Virus record (IMG/VR): IMGVR_UViG_3300031772_000001
Location: 32,001 to 96,000 of that record
Source: a virus
Direction: 5' to 3' (one strand)
Length of the DNA stretch: 64,000 nucleotides
The notes beneath the pieces were generated by a model. It was not told the DNA's origin and made no database searches. It saw only the letters and a program-made list of their open reading frames with translations. How positions within the stretch are numbered: position 1 is the stretch's first letter; every line of letters starts with the position of its first letter. The position numbers and the translations under genes were made by a program. This document shows positions 28,426-40,506 of the stretch, piece by piece.

Positions 28426-28911
28426 CTAAAAGAACTGTTCGTCTCCATTCTCACTACATACGATATGTTCAATCTCATCCTCCAAGTTCGGTAGGATCAT
28501 CCTGGCTTGATGACACCCATACTTGCAGAAATCACACTCCTTAATCCACTTCTCCCAATTATCTGACAGAAGAGATACAAAACTTTCTGGTGATCCCCGG
28601 TCACGAAACCGCTTGAGGAAATCTTCTTTCCTACATTCATCTGGGTACACCAGATAGAAAAATATGCAAGAGTCCAACAAAGCATCACGAACTTCCTTAT
28701 GGGAAGAAACGAAGATGAACTCGTACTTCCCAATATTCTCCTTGATGTGCTGGATATAATTCGCTGGAAAATCTGGATGACGTACTTTAAGTCCAAATTC
28801 TGTAGTCCAGCTAAACAAAGAAGAATCCGAATCCAAAGTTGTTTCATGGTGATTCTTATGATAATAGCTTTTTCCAGTACCAGGAAATGCAGATATTATT
28901 CTAGTTCTCAT
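28426..28911 (-). CDS. P-loop NTPase/kinase-like phage protein
   Basis: IISAFPGTGKS, DSDSS.F, FP.NY. Confidence 0.75.
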   Translation of the reverse strand: MRTRIISAFPGTGKSYYHKNHHETTLDSDSSLFSWTTEFGLKVRHPDFPANYIQHIKENIGKYEFIFVSSHKEVRDALLDSCIFFYLVYPDECRKEDFLKRFRDRGSPESFVSLLSDNWEKWIKECDFCKYGCHQARMILPNLEDEIEHIVCSENGDEQFF

Positions 28912-29098
28912 GTTATCTCCTTTTTCACCTTATCAAGTTCCGTCTCAAACATGTAGACATTCTTTGCTTCACCATTCAAAAAGTACCTTGTCTCGTACTG
29001 CACCCCAGACTTTGAAACCCAGACAGAAACAATGACTCCAATAGTGTCAAGCTCTTTTATTTTAACCCTCTCAAACAAATCAAATGCTGTCTCTACCC

Positions 29099-30211
29099 TC
29101 ATCGTGCAGCCGTCCTATTCCGGTCAACAAGTGATCCACTGGACTTCTGACTTCCTGAAGACATTGCAGGGGCACCATTCCTGAACTGATTATAGACCAA
29201 CCACAACAACGCCTGTAGTGTGGTGTCATTCCTGAAAGAATTAACTGCCCAATCCTGCATCAAAATAGTGAAAAGTTTGAAAATGTCCTGATTCCAAACA
29301 GCACTGACCTTCTTGTAAAGATCCTCAAAGTAAGAAGACCTTATCTTATTGCACGAGATACTGTAGATCAAATTGTTTACAACAAGATATATGTCGTTCT
29401 TAACACACTCCAACATGCATGTAACCAACTCAGCTATTGTCTCAGCAACCACATTCTCATCTGCCACTCGTACCGCCAGCAGGTAATCAAGTACCTTACT
29501 CTCCGCAGACCTGACAGAAGCAAAAAACTTGTCCTTGTCCTCCATCATCGCATACAGATCAAGAAACATGACCGAATCCCGAACGTGCCCCTTACTTGTT
29601 ATTGCTATGTAATAAAGAATCTCGTCAGATATTGTGATGTTTTCTGACTTCACAATCCTTTTCAGATTCTCGGTAATCTCCTCCACAGTCAACGTGCGAA
29701 ACACCAACTCAACTGACCGAGAACGAATAGTATTCTCAATCTTCTCCACATCTGTAGAACAAAAAATTACAAACATGTTCTCAGGTAAATCTTCCAGCAC
29801 CTTTAACAACTGTCCTTGTGCTGGTTTAGATATAAGATGTCCCTCATCAAACACAATCACACGCCAATCACACACTGTAGACGCAGTAAAAAACACCCCC
29901 TTCATTTCCTTAATAGCATCAACATTACCTACATCTCCTGAATCAAACTCTTGGTAGAACGGGACAAACGAAAGATCCGATTGACAAATATCACAAATAC
30001 CACATGGCTTCTTTTCTGAATGTGATTTACAATTCAGACCACGAGCAAGCAAACGGGCAGATGTTGTTTTTCCTGTTCCAAAATCTCCAGACATAACAAG
30101 ACATCTTGGCGCATTGATAGGATTCCGTATGATGGACCTAAGAATCTCCACAGGAGCATCTTGCCCGTAAAGCTCATCAAATATTCTGGACCTATACTGC
30201 TGTGTGAACAT
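29099..30211 (-). CDS. dnaX: DNA polymerase III clamp loader gamma/tau
   Basis: QYR...F....GQ, GDFGTGKTTSAR, LNC..PCGICDIC, DEGH, TIRSR, G.VRD. Confidence 0.9.
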   Translation of the reverse strand: MFTQQYRSRIFDELYGQDAPVEILRSIIRNPINAPRCLVMSGDFGTGKTTSARLLARGLNCKSHSEKKPCGICDICQSDLSFVPFYQEFDSGDVGNVDAIKEMKGVFFTASTVCDWRVIVFDEGHLISKPAQGQLLKVLEDLPENMFVIFCSTDVEKIENTIRSRSVELVFRTLTVEEITENLKRIVKSENITISDEILYYIAITSKGHVRDSVMFLDLYAMMEDKDKFFASVRSAESKVLDYLLAVRVADENVVAETIAELVTCMLECVKNDIYLVVNNLIYSISCNKIRSSYFEDLYKKVSAVWNQDIFKLFTILMQDWAVNSFRNDTTLQALLWLVYNQFRNGAPAMSSGSQKSSGSLVDRNRTAAR

Positions 30212-30859
30212 CTACTTCCCCACCAAAATCTTATGTACCGGACAAGAGGAAATACCAAAAACCATAGCAGCGTCATGTGGCTCACTCACAATCGTAAAAT
30301 TACAAGAACAAGTGTCTCCTCTCTTGACAGACCCTACAAGATCGTGACCGTCAACAGCGACTATTACAGCCCTTCCGTCCTCGTGAACAAGAAGACTCAG
30401 CTTCACCTCATCACACGCATGAGAAAACATCCTCACCGCATCTTCAGTAAGACCAATCTTTTTTCCAATGTCCCAAAGTATCTCATCAGATCCATGCACA
30501 TACACGTCAACGTAATGCATAAGTCACCTCGAAGATTTCGGCAAATCTAAGTTGTATCTTTCTAAAAATTTCTTCTTCCATACCAAGGCAAGTTCTGATC
30601 CCGACTTCATCTCCCCTATCGCCTTCTGCAACTCATCAACACAAACAGGAACTTCCCCACCCAAAATCTTCAGCTTCTTCTGGGCTATGAAAAGAACAGT
30701 ACAGAACGGCTTGTTCAAGACAACTTGCTCACCAAGATCCCCACCATAAACGGCCAAAAATGCCAGCACCCAAACACAAAACTCAGTTGAGTACATTGGC
30801 GCACCAACAGTATCAAAAGCGTCACTGAGATCCATCAAAAGTGCAGAATTATCCATAGA

Positions 30860-31282
30860 TCACCCCTTAACAAGAACATCCTTGTTCAAATGAACCACAA
30901 AACACCGTATCTTTAACTTCTCAAAAACTCCGACTGCGTTCTTAACCCCACTCGCCTGAAAAGCCAGATCCAAAGCATTCTTTTCAAGAAGTAAGATAGA
31001 CCTGACCAACCTACCCATCGGCGTATTAAGTAGCTCTACCTTAACGGTGAAGTCATCCAAAATCTCCTCTATAACACACACCGCACTCGAAAGACCAAGC
31101 TCAGAATTGATATAACACACCCGACCAAGCCAGTTCTCTTCGTTTTTTATCTCATCCCTAAATAAATAGATCGCCTTCCTTAGAACATCCTTCGGTATAC
31201 CATGCGTGTCCTTTATGTGAAACTCCGCGTACACCTTCTGGTTTTTCGCAAACAACACACTTTTAAGGGTTGCCCTGTCCAT
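30860..31282 (-). CDS. Hypothetical protein, weakly T4 gp21 prohead-protease-like
   Basis: LLNTPMGRLV resembles gp21 ILDTPMGKIV; the catalytic SSRG is absent. Confidence 0.35.
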   Translation of the reverse strand: MDRATLKSVLFAKNQKVYAEFHIKDTHGIPKDVLRKAIYLFRDEIKNEENWLGRVCYINSELGLSSAVCVIEEILDDFTVKVELLNTPMGRLVRSILLLEKNALDLAFQASGVKNAVGVFEKLKIRCFVVHLNKDVLVKG

Positions 31283-31504
31283 ACATCTTTATACGATTTT
31301 ACTTCCACTCTCTGTCAGTAGGTTCCCTTGAGGCATCGTGTGGACGTTAATGTGACCCCCAATAGCATCTATCACACACCGAGAAATCACACCATCCTTT
31401 TCAACCTCAATCTCAATCTTGTCTGATAGCTCCGAGTCAATAACCGAAAAATTGTTTTGGTCTTTGTCTTTCGTGTACAGTGTAACCTTCATACCTGCCT
31501 CTCT

Positions 31505-31548
31505 AAAAAATGTGGCTGTGACACTAATAGTATAATGTCACAGCCACA
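31505..31548 (-). terminator. Intrinsic terminator
   Basis: 13-bp perfect stem TGTGGCTGTGACA/TGTCACAGCCACA plus T6. Confidence 0.8.
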
Positions 31549-31568
31549 TCCCATCACACCACCAATCT

Positions 31569-32531
31569 CTATGCTGACAACCTACTCTTTGCCCAAGCAT
31601 AACTTCCCTTCTCACAATTCTCTCTTACTGCAAAAAGGGTTGACGTTTGACACAGAAAAGTGAAAAGGTTCACCCAATTCCACACTGAATCAAGTGAAGG
31701 TATCCCGGCACTCACAAGATTCTCTTCGTTTGACTTGATAGCCGCTCCCTTAACACGAGCATCCTTAATAACTCTACGAGGAATCATCTTTGCCTCTTCT
31801 GCCTTATCACACACCACCTCGACAGGCTCATCTACCTTCTTGGCATCAGCTTCCTCAACAAACTGCTTCATACCGGCACCATAAATATCACAATCCCTTG
31901 CACGGGCCTGAAGAACATCCGCAATGAATGTTGGTGTTGCGTTCTTTGTGTCAATCTTGTAGGTCTGGCAATGTGTAGCATTTATCAAGCCATTCTTACA
32001 GATTACACGATAAGTCATAAAGTCAGAACTGATTTTCCCGTAGTTGATGTTCGATACCCGAATACGCTGACCAACAAACATGTCCTCCCCAATCGGGTTA
32101 ATTTCCATACTCTTTGTTATGATCCTCAAGGAATCATCAACAAGAGGATCACCATAAATAGACCACACATCTTTTTCAAAAGGCTTAATCAAATCATTAT
32201 ACCGGAGGTACGGCTCCTGAATAGGCTGAATAAAGATAACCTGATTCGGGGAAGAAGGGTTCTTTCCTATACGGAATTTTGCATAATTCCGTCGAATAAA
32301 CTGCTCCTGCAAAAGCTGGTTAAACATCGGAAGCGTAAGTTCCCGCTGCAAACCTTTTGGAATATGTGACCACTTACACACATTCTTAACCGCCCTCTCT
32401 GAAAATACCCCAATACCATCAATCGCCAACGCCCCGTCAACTTTTGTAAAAGACTTGTTAGCCAAATCCACTTCCTCAACCGAGTCATCAATCCTCTCCA
32501 CAAGATCCACAAACTCTGGAGTACACGCCAT
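31569..32531 (-). CDS. DUF932-like protein (divergent)
   Basis: ISN-like segment, YRVICKNGL, W..VN..T. Confidence 0.55.
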   Translation of the reverse strand: MACTPEFVDLVERIDDSVEEVDLANKSFTKVDGALAIDGIGVFSERAVKNVCKWSHIPKGLQRELTLPMFNQLLQEQFIRRNYAKFRIGKNPSSPNQVIFIQPIQEPYLRYNDLIKPFEKDVWSIYGDPLVDDSLRIITKSMEINPIGEDMFVGQRIRVSNINYGKISSDFMTYRVICKNGLINATHCQTYKIDTKNATPTFIADVLQARARDCDIYGAGMKQFVEEADAKKVDEPVEVVCDKAEEAKMIPRRVIKDARVKGAAIKSNEENLVSAGIPSLDSVWNWVNLFTFLCQTSTLFAVRENCEKGSYAWAKSRLSA

Positions 32532-32566
32532 ACTACACTCTCCTCACGTTAAGGTTTATCAATCCA

Positions 32567-32917
32567 TCATTCCCAAACCGAAGCCGCGTCAGCAATACCT
32601 ACACTATCATCTGACTTTTCTACTTTTTGTGTGTATCTACAAAGGGGGTAAGAGTCACAAGCTAAAAAAATCTCCTTAGTCAACTTATTTTTTCTCCTAA
32701 TCAACATCCCCTTACACTTAGGACACGGCCATGTCGTAGTGCCGGGCTTCTCATTCTTACTTGCCATCTCCAACCTATTTTTTATAGCAATATCACGATA
32801 TTTTTCATATTTCCCTTGATACACTGCTTTTCGAGCAACAAATATTGATGGGCAACACCCAAGAGCTTTCAACTCTTGTGCTTTCTTCTCGTCCTCATCA
32901 TCCATCATATCACCCAT
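32567..32917 (-). CDS. Topoisomerase-type C4 zinc-ribbon protein
   Basis: CPKCKG.L..R....FLACDSYPLCRYT. Confidence 0.75.
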   Translation of the reverse strand: MGDMMDDEDEKKAQELKALGCCPSIFVARKAVYQGKYEKYRDIAIKNRLEMASKNEKPGTTTWPCPKCKGMLIRRKNKLTKEIFLACDSYPLCRYTQKVEKSDDSVGIADAASVWE

Positions 32918-33535
32918 ACTATCTCCTTACAAAACCTTCGACAAGTAAAACAACACCCTATTCTTATGTTTCAAAAAAGCCCGAAACTCTTCCCGCTGCA
33001 TATCACGGACATTCATTGACTCACGTATAATACCAATTAAATCATCATAATGCTCTGGAGGATTAAGCACCCCCACATCCACCAACTCCCCTATACCGTC
33101 AGAACTATTCAGATAATTAACTATTTTTTCTAAAACCAAAAGACTATCCTTTGACAATACAATTTTCCTGTTCTTACTATCCCTTGATTTTCTCCCTGTT
33201 ATGTACGCCCACTGAGTAAACCCACCCTTACCCTTACAAATCTTCTTGTACAAAGAAGACCGTATTACCGTCCAAAACCTTTCTCTTAGTAAAGAAGCCA
33301 TATCATCAGCCTCTTCTCTGCTTTCATCAAAATACAAGTAAGAATAATCTTCACCCATTACTTCTTCTTAGAGAGAATCCCAAACTCAATATCAGACATA
33401 ACCCTAAACGATATATTATGCTGACTTCCACCACTTACCGGAACTATCACCGGATTCTGAGGAAAATGACACTTCTCACACCGACCCTGAGAATTCATCT
33501 TCTCGGATTTACAAATAGGACATATTGAATTCATA

Positions 33536-34282
33536 TTACGCCCTTTGATATGACTGAATTTCTTGAACCAACTGGTCTACAACCATACTGTACTTTGGGA
33601 GATAACCATTCACAGCAATACCCTCGATAAGCTCACCAGGGTCTTTATACTCCTGACCCATTCTTGATATATGGCAAGTAACATCATACTTTTGAAAATT
33701 TTTCTTAGTTATTCTCGCACCTTCGTCCCCCGGAATTATCCCCTGACTGTTCGGCTTATCGTTATCCTTAAAATAAACCACCTTATTTGTGAACATCGAA
33801 ATCAATTGGGCCTGATAATCGTTCACATGATTCGTCAAACAAGCATACGAAAACGGCCACGCCATTGACAACGCCTCAGCGTCCAGTACCCCCTCAGAAA
33901 TCACCAGTATCGTTCCGTAAACAAACATCTCCCCCTTCATTGGACTCAACATTGTCCTCAAAGAACTGTAGATTGCTAACGGGGAATATGACAGCAGGAT
34001 GAAATTCTTATCCGCAAGAGAACGAAACGCATACCCAAAAACAACCTGCCCAAACGTCAACGGATACATCACAGACGGTCCAACCGACCTAATAAAATTT
34101 GATATATAGGAAGAATCCTGTCTTACATCATAAGGAGTAATAACTTTCAAGTGGCTCAAGTCAAAGACTTTAGCTACAACTGCCCACTTCGCGGGAGAAT
34201 TGAATTTAGGGAGAGAGGCTAAACTATCATAAACTTCATCAAATTGCTTAACAGTCTCGTAACCGTAACTCATCAATGACAT
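33536..34282 (-). CDS. DnaG-type primase TOPRIM domain protein
   Basis: ISEGVLDA, KDND, KDPGE. Confidence 0.75.
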   Translation of the reverse strand: MSLMSYGYETVKQFDEVYDSLASLPKFNSPAKWAVVAKVFDLSHLKVITPYDVRQDSSYISNFIRSVGPSVMYPLTFGQVVFGYAFRSLADKNFILLSYSPLAIYSSLRTMLSPMKGEMFVYGTILVISEGVLDAEALSMAWPFSYACLTNHVNDYQAQLISMFTNKVVYFKDNDKPNSQGIIPGDEGARITKKNFQKYDVTCHISRMGQEYKDPGELIEGIAVNGYLPKYSMVVDQLVQEIQSYQRA

Positions 34283-34511
34283 CCAACGTAAAAAATTCCA
34301 TCATCCACAGTAATAACAACAGGCTGTCTACAACTGTCCATTACATCAAGCCAATAAGGTTTCCAACCTTCAAGATCCTCGCATGTACCAAAGCCAAACT
34401 CTTTAGGGACAAAAACAACCCAATCCTCATCCCCTCCCTGATCTGCTATCTTCTGGATCTCCTCTGGTGCCTTCTCAAAGGACCAGACCGAGATATGGTC
34501 CAACGCTAACT

Positions 34512-34940
34512 TCACAAGTCCTCCATACATGATACGATAAACGGGACAAAATCATCAAGATAATCTTCAAAAGAATCAGTCAATGAAAGATCCTCTAAGT
34601 CCTCTGGCAGCACCCATGCAAACCCCTTCGTCTCAATATTTGGTATCACCTTCATTAACTTCTCACCCGGAGCATACGGAAAAATCTTATTGTCACCAAA
34701 CTCAGCAGGAACCCCAAGGAATAATGGATTCAATGGTATCCCTGTTTCCTCGAAGAACTCTCGCTTAATGCAGTCTACAGTATTCTCATTGCCTGTCCTA
34801 TGACCTCCAAATAATCCCCACGTACCATCAATAGCTCTCTCCTGAATCATTATATGACCATTAAATATTGGAACAACAAAGCATTTCTTGATCTTCTCCA
34901 TTTTTACCTGTCCTTCCTCAACTTTTGACCGTCCGGGCAA
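34512..34940 (-). CDS. NUDIX hydrolase
   Basis: WGLFGG...E......REFFEETG. Confidence 0.85.
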   Translation of the reverse strand: MPGRSKVEEGQVKMEKIKKCFVVPIFNGHIMIQERAIDGTWGLFGGHRTGNENTVDCIKREFFEETGIPLNPLFLGVPAEFGDNKIFPYAPGEKLMKVIPNIETKGFAWVLPEDLEDLSLTDSFEDYLDDFVPFIVSCMEDL

Positions 34941-35811
34941 ACACAGAAATTCTTTCGACCATGTGGCTTATCTGAAGTATCTATGATTCCAGTATCCTCA
35001 CACAAAGTACAGTGACCACCAAATGAATAAAAATCTTCCCAATACCTAACAACAATATATGATGCTCCATTGGGAAACATCTCTCCCCTGCTTGTTTCTC
35101 GCCTTAATTGAGACTCGGATTCCATCTGTCAAACCTTCTCTGTCAAATCCTCTACCCGTACCCACTTCCTTGCCCCTCCAAACAACTCCACAACGACAAG
35201 AGCACCCTTCTCCTCTAAAGCAACAACCTTCCCAATGTATAGAATACCCATACCACACGTCCACTGAACCATCATACCCGGCTTCACAGCTTCTCTTTTC
35301 ACAATTCCCCCAAAACCTTTTCAAGATTAACGATAATATCTTCTCGCTGTTCCTTCTCCTTAGAAGTTAGATACCCACGTACTAACACCACAATCTTTGA
35401 ATATATGTTCTCCATTATCTCCAAATCAACCCCTACTATCACGCCCTTATCCTGCAACAACTTTTGAAGATATGAAATTCCTCGAAGATCCTTCGCTTCT
35501 TCAACTGTGATGATGTTCTTTTTTGTGAGCAGGTGTAATAATGCTATATGTGAAATATTGTCTGTCATAACCTTTCCTAAAAGTTAAAATAAAAAGAACA
35601 GGTATGTCAACCTGCCTTGTTAATCCTTATGTTACTGCAATGGTCTTTCGACGTTCCCCCCTTTGAAAATGGCTCAACTTATTCCAAAAACTCTTCTTCC
35701 ATTTCCGAACACCATTAGAGGACAGGTAAGACTGCTTCGGGTTCTCAGGAACAAGCTCTTCAATATTCTTTGCTACTAGACCACGCATAAACTATCCTTC
35801 CTTTCAAGTTA

Positions 35812-36336
35812 CTACTTAGAGTAAGACTGAACCTCGTCCTTGTACTTATAATATACGTGTATACCGGCAAAAGCAAAAATGTCTTCAGATTCTTTTGCCT
35901 TCTGATAACATCTCTCACAGAAGACATCCGTGATTCCTACAGTAATTATCGCTTCGGCACACTTTCGGCAAGGAGTCATCCGGCAATACAACATAGAGTC
36001 CTGCAAAGAAATCCCGTACTTTGCCGCATGAAGAATTGCATTCATCTCAGCATGAATGGTACGAACACAGTGCTCTGAAAACGTCCTTATATCAAGGTTC
36101 CCTGTCCCTTTTATATAATCTTTAGAACGTAGTTCAAACTCGTGCCCTACCTTGTCACATTCTGGAAATCCCGCTGGAGACCCAACGTACCCACAAGACA
36201 GGATATGGTTATTCTTTACAATAACACAGCCAGACCTACCTCGATCACAGGTAGCTCTCTTGGAGACAGCATCCATTATCCCAAAGAAATAATCGTCCCA
36301 CTTAGGCTTCACATAAATTCCAGTACCATCAGTCAT
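35812..36336 (-). CDS. dCMP deaminase
   Basis: WDDYF, RATCDR, HAEMNA, PCRKC. Confidence 0.92.
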   Translation of the reverse strand: MTDGTGIYVKPKWDDYFFGIMDAVSKRATCDRGRSGCVIVKNNHILSCGYVGSPAGFPECDKVGHEFELRSKDYIKGTGNLDIRTFSEHCVRTIHAEMNAILHAAKYGISLQDSMLYCRMTPCRKCAEAIITVGITDVFCERCYQKAKESEDIFAFAGIHVYYKYKDEVQSYSK

Positions 36337-36358
36337 ACCTCAGTCCATTCTATAACCG

Positions 36359-37546
36359 TTAGTTCTTCTTGACAATAATCACACACTCTTTATTACCAGC
36401 CGTAAATGTCACTTTATCATTGATAAAAGTAACACTAACAATAGTATCTCCCTTAAACACCTTGATAACAGTCAAAAGAGTCTTCAAAGAAACCCCAAAT
36501 ACCGCCTCTGAAGTAACACCATCAACCTTATCTGAAACTGTAAACGTAGATACATCACCTCTACGGGTCTTAAACACACACTTCAATGCTTCTTTTGTAA
36601 AAACCAAATCCACAGTACCAGAAGATTCCGGCAACCCTACCAAGGTATTTATTGCAGATACAAAATACAGAACACTAACAAAATAACTACCTGCACCCTT
36701 AACAAATGCTGCCTTATATTGATTTACAAACTGAGTGGTTGTCTTAGGAAAAACGTAACTAAACTTATCAGAATCTATAAAATACTTATCAGCATAACAA
36801 GAAATAGTCAAGTCAGAACTACCAATCACTGCCAATATTGACTGAATCAAAGAAATGTCACTTCTACGAAACACCACCGGAAAACTGTCTCTCTTTACTC
36901 TACCAACTACAGCACCATTACAAGCATAGATCCCGTCAGGCTCAACAAAGATGTAGTCAAAATCAGAAACATCCACATAGGAAAGTATAGGACTTAACGT
37001 CTGAATCGAAGACAAAAGATCGGGTGACTTGGTAACTCCAGTAGATGTCGGAGAACCACTTACAGTATGACTATTGTAAATATTTGCATCCAAATTGAAC
37101 ATAGGAATGTACAACTCCCCACCAAAGAAGTTGACATACATATTTGGACTACGGTAAATCAGGTACGTCTTCCTTTTGTGACTTCGCACCCCCCTGTAAA
37201 ATGTCTCCACGTCAACCATCTTATGATCGGGGAAATGATTGTTTCTGCAAGAAATAAGACAGGACATCAAAGTGACACCTTCACAAAGTTCAAACTTTAC
37301 TTGAGTATCACTGACAACTGAAATTCTCAAAGAACGAGAAATCACCATCCTTGCAGCAGACTTCCTATTTACAAAAGGAGCAAGGAACTTATGGAGAATA
37401 GAAGAATCAAACTCCAGGTAATCCACGCTATTAGGAAGATCCACAGCAACAACATCAACAGACTGATCCTCTGGTGAAACCACTTCATCATTGGAAATAT
37501 CCCCGACTACCTGACCTTCAAAAACATCACCCATCCTACCCTCCAA
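36359..37546 (-). CDS. Probable sliding clamp (DNA pol III beta-like)
   Basis: Size, repeating alpha/beta pattern, IYACNG (cf. ATDG), location in the replication module with dnaX. Confidence 0.55.
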   Translation of the reverse strand: MEGRMGDVFEGQVVGDISNDEVVSPEDQSVDVVAVDLPNSVDYLEFDSSILHKFLAPFVNRKSAARMVISRSLRISVVSDTQVKFELCEGVTLMSCLISCRNNHFPDHKMVDVETFYRGVRSHKRKTYLIYRSPNMYVNFFGGELYIPMFNLDANIYNSHTVSGSPTSTGVTKSPDLLSSIQTLSPILSYVDVSDFDYIFVEPDGIYACNGAVVGRVKRDSFPVVFRRSDISLIQSILAVIGSSDLTISCYADKYFIDSDKFSYVFPKTTTQFVNQYKAAFVKGAGSYFVSVLYFVSAINTLVGLPESSGTVDLVFTKEALKCVFKTRRGDVSTFTVSDKVDGVTSEAVFGVSLKTLLTVIKVFKGDTIVSVTFINDKVTFTAGNKECVIIVKKN

Positions 37547-37753
37547 TATGTTTTACCATCCCTGTCATAGCAACACCTATCACCACAAGAGAAACACCAG
37601 ACACAAGCATGGTTATTAACGAAATCATCGGAACACCAATCCTTGTATGGCACCTATCACATCGCTCATTACAAATGACAAACCCGCAAACTAAAAACAG
37701 TGCAGACAACAACGCCAAAACCCCAACAATAATAAACAAAATTGGAAGTATGG

Positions 37754-38761
37754 TCATACAGAAATCCCGAAATTAGTAAAGTATTGCTTGATAAACTGAA
37801 ACAACGTAAGATCCTTCTCACATAGCTTCATCAGACTACTCCCTATCTCAGAAGAAACATCCTGCTTTGACTTATCCTTCAAAACTGAAATAAACTCTGA
37901 CATCTTCTGTGAGACTGACTCACGCTCAATCCTCGCAAGACTGAATACCTGCTCTGCTGGAGCCACTGGCAAGGTTTCCTGCCTCACATCTACCTTCACC
38001 TGACCATCGACCACCTTCACAGATACCACATCAAAAAACACATCCCTGACGCGGTTCACAGTATGTTTTGTACCGCGTGATAGTGCCCCCGGCCTAACTA
38101 CAATCTTCCCGCCAATGTCTATCACCGGATAAGGCACATGGTCATGCCCCAAGAAAAGACAATTCCATTTAGAATCCTTAATTTCGTCATGTAAAAAAGC
38201 CTCATCCTTTGTAATAACTGTCAAACTATTTACCACAAAGGCATGTCCACAGAACATATTGTAGTCCGCATGGACAGAAGGCTCTGGCAGCTTCGGATTC
38301 AAAAAGTAGTCCTCACCCTGCAAGAGAACTCGTTTACCATCCACGTTAAAAACCAAAGACCCAAGATGTTGTAAACGACCAGATGAAAGTAATACCCCAA
38401 GAGGAGACTTACAAACCGTGTCAGGATTCGCATGGTACACATCATGGTTTCCAAATATGGTATAGACAGGGACTTGAAACTCTGCAAACGTATGAATAAC
38501 TTTCGTCTTGTAAAGATCCGTCTGAGGTTTCTGATGGTAAATATCCCCACCAATCAGCACAAAATCACATGCCATTGCAGCGGAAACTTTTGCCATCTTC
38601 GAGATTTTATTAAGAATAACAGTAGGGTAATCATCTTGTCTTGAGATAGGCCCAACATGGTTTACATGAGGGTCTGAGAAATACAAGAACCGAACTTCCT
38701 TCCGTGACTCAGGAAATTCAGCTACTACCTTGTCCAAAAACCTCAAAGGGAAATCGGTCAT
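37754..38761 (-). CDS. SbcD/Mre11-like metallophosphoesterase
   Basis: SDPH, GGDIYH, GNHD, GHDH, PGAL.R. Confidence 0.88.
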   Translation of the reverse strand: MTDFPLRFLDKVVAEFPESRKEVRFLYFSDPHVNHVGPISRQDDYPTVILNKISKMAKVSAAMACDFVLIGGDIYHQKPQTDLYKTKVIHTFAEFQVPVYTIFGNHDVYHANPDTVCKSPLGVLLSSGRLQHLGSLVFNVDGKRVLLQGEDYFLNPKLPEPSVHADYNMFCGHAFVVNSLTVITKDEAFLHDEIKDSKWNCLFLGHDHVPYPVIDIGGKIVVRPGALSRGTKHTVNRVRDVFFDVVSVKVVDGQVKVDVRQETLPVAPAEQVFSLARIERESVSQKMSEFISVLKDKSKQDVSSEIGSSLMKLCEKDLTLFQFIKQYFTNFGISV

Positions 38762-39262
38762 CGCTTACCTCTCGTCAAGATTGTCCAACAAATCGTTATC
38801 CTCACCCTCCATCAACTTGTCCTCAATCAACTCTCCATCATCCTCATCAATCTTATCAAGTAAATCTCGATCAACTGGAAACTTCTCACTCTCTACCAAC
38901 TCATTATCCCCGTCTGGAACTTCCTGAAACAACGGATCTTCTGTAAAATCTTTCCTCGACATTGTTACGCCTCCTAATCCATGAATTTTGTTAGGTCCAC
39001 ATCCTGTACTTCAGTCTTAGAAACATTATCAGACCCAACAGGCTTAACAGACTCATCAACCTTAACAGGCGAAACAAGGCCAGACCTTTCTAAGTACCCA
39101 AGAACACCTTTACTTTTCAGGTATTTCCTTACTGCAACATGTGACCCGTCGTGAGTAGACCCCTTTGGTGGAGTAATCTCATCTAAGCCATCCCACAAAT
39201 CAAAAAGAATTTTTTGAGATTCCGAAAGTCTAACACTGTCATCCCTAAAAACCATAGACATA

Positions 39263-39916
39263 CTATCTCTCTTTTTTCAGATTCCCATTAGTCATCCGAT
39301 AAATAGAGTCAGCGTAAGAAATGTATCTTACATCATGGGTTATCCAAAGAATGTTAAACCCCAAATCAGCGTTACACTGCCGAATGAATTTGAAAAGACC
39401 CTCAACATACGCCTCTGAAAGCTGAGACAGGGACTCATCCAGAATCAAGAACCTCCGAAGACCCAACGAAAGCATAAAATAAATTCGGAGTATAAATGAA
39501 ACAACAACTTGAACCCCTCCACCTACACTATCGCGCAACTTGCATTTATGGATATTATTTCCAACACTCTCGACAAGAAAGAACTCAGCAGTCTTTAGAT
39601 CACCCCTATCAGCAATCTCAATCTCTATAGAGTAATTCTTATCATCAAAAATGGTTTGCATTCCGTAAGTCAACAACTCCTGCAACTTACGGATACTCTT
39701 CTCAGACAACTCACCAATCAACAGCTTTGTTACCTCAATTGCTTTCTCCGTATACTCAAGCTGGACAATCTTATCCGCGTGTTGTTTCTTCACATTTCCC
39801 AAGCTAATATCAGTCCCGTTAATAGTCTCACGGGTAGACTGAAGTTTAGCTTGACAAGACACAAACAAATCCTCAAGCTGTGAGGCTTTTGATAAAATCA
39901 ACTCAGCACCCATCAC
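39263..39916 (-). CDS. SbcC/Rad50 ABC-ATPase, C-terminal half
   Basis: Coiled coil, SVGGG signature, LILDE Walker B, ITHD. Confidence 0.85.
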   Translation of the reverse strand: MMGAELILSKASQLEDLFVSCQAKLQSTRETINGTDISLGNVKKQHADKIVQLEYTEKAIEVTKLLIGELSEKSIRKLQELLTYGMQTIFDDKNYSIEIEIADRGDLKTAEFFLVESVGNNIHKCKLRDSVGGGVQVVVSFILRIYFMLSLGLRRFLILDESLSQLSEAYVEGLFKFIRQCNADLGFNILWITHDVRYISYADSIYRMTNGNLKKER

Positions 39917-40506
39917 ACAGCCCCTTCCTGCTCATCAAGCATCTTGATAGTCTGAATTACACGCCCAAGAACAACCGACAACGAAGCTTCAGCATCCACA
40001 ATAATACCATCACACTCCGTCTGGTAGTAAAGATGTACCCTCTTCAGGTACTTCTCACCACGAGTCTCTATATTGTCAACCCTCTGTATCCTACTCCTTG
40101 CAACATCAAAAGGAAGATCCAAAATAATACACAAATCAGGGTGACAAATATCTGAAGTATCTATCAGTTTATCAATAAATGACTTTTCTATCCCATAAGA
40201 AAACTCTTGATGTGCTTTTGTAGAGTAATACCAACGATCTGCAATAACCAACTTACCCTCAACCAATGCTGGCCTCACCACCTTATTTGAAGCCTCAACC
40301 ATCGAAGCAACAAACAAGAATAATTCTGTCTGCTTTTCAAGTTTTTCCCTTGAGTTAAGAAGAATACTACGCAACTTCCCACCAATATAAGTAGTTCCCG
40401 GCTCCTTTACATGCACAGCATCAGGGAACTCTTTTTTCAGATTCCGTATAACAGTAGTTTTACCCGAACCACTAACACCCTCAATACAAACAAACTTTCC
40501 GTGCAT
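39913..40506 (-). CDS. tmk: Thymidylate kinase
   Basis: IEGVSGSGKTT, KEPG, DRW..S..A.Q, PDL.I.LD. Confidence 0.92.
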   Translation of the reverse strand: MHGKFVCIEGVSGSGKTTVIRNLKKEFPDAVHVKEPGTTYIGGKLRSILLNSREKLEKQTELFLFVASMVEASNKVVRPALVEGKLVIADRWYYSTKAHQEFSYGIEKSFIDKLIDTSDICHPDLCIILDLPFDVARSRIQRVDNIETRGEKYLKRVHLYYQTECDGIIVDAEASLSVVLGRVIQTIKMLDEQEGAV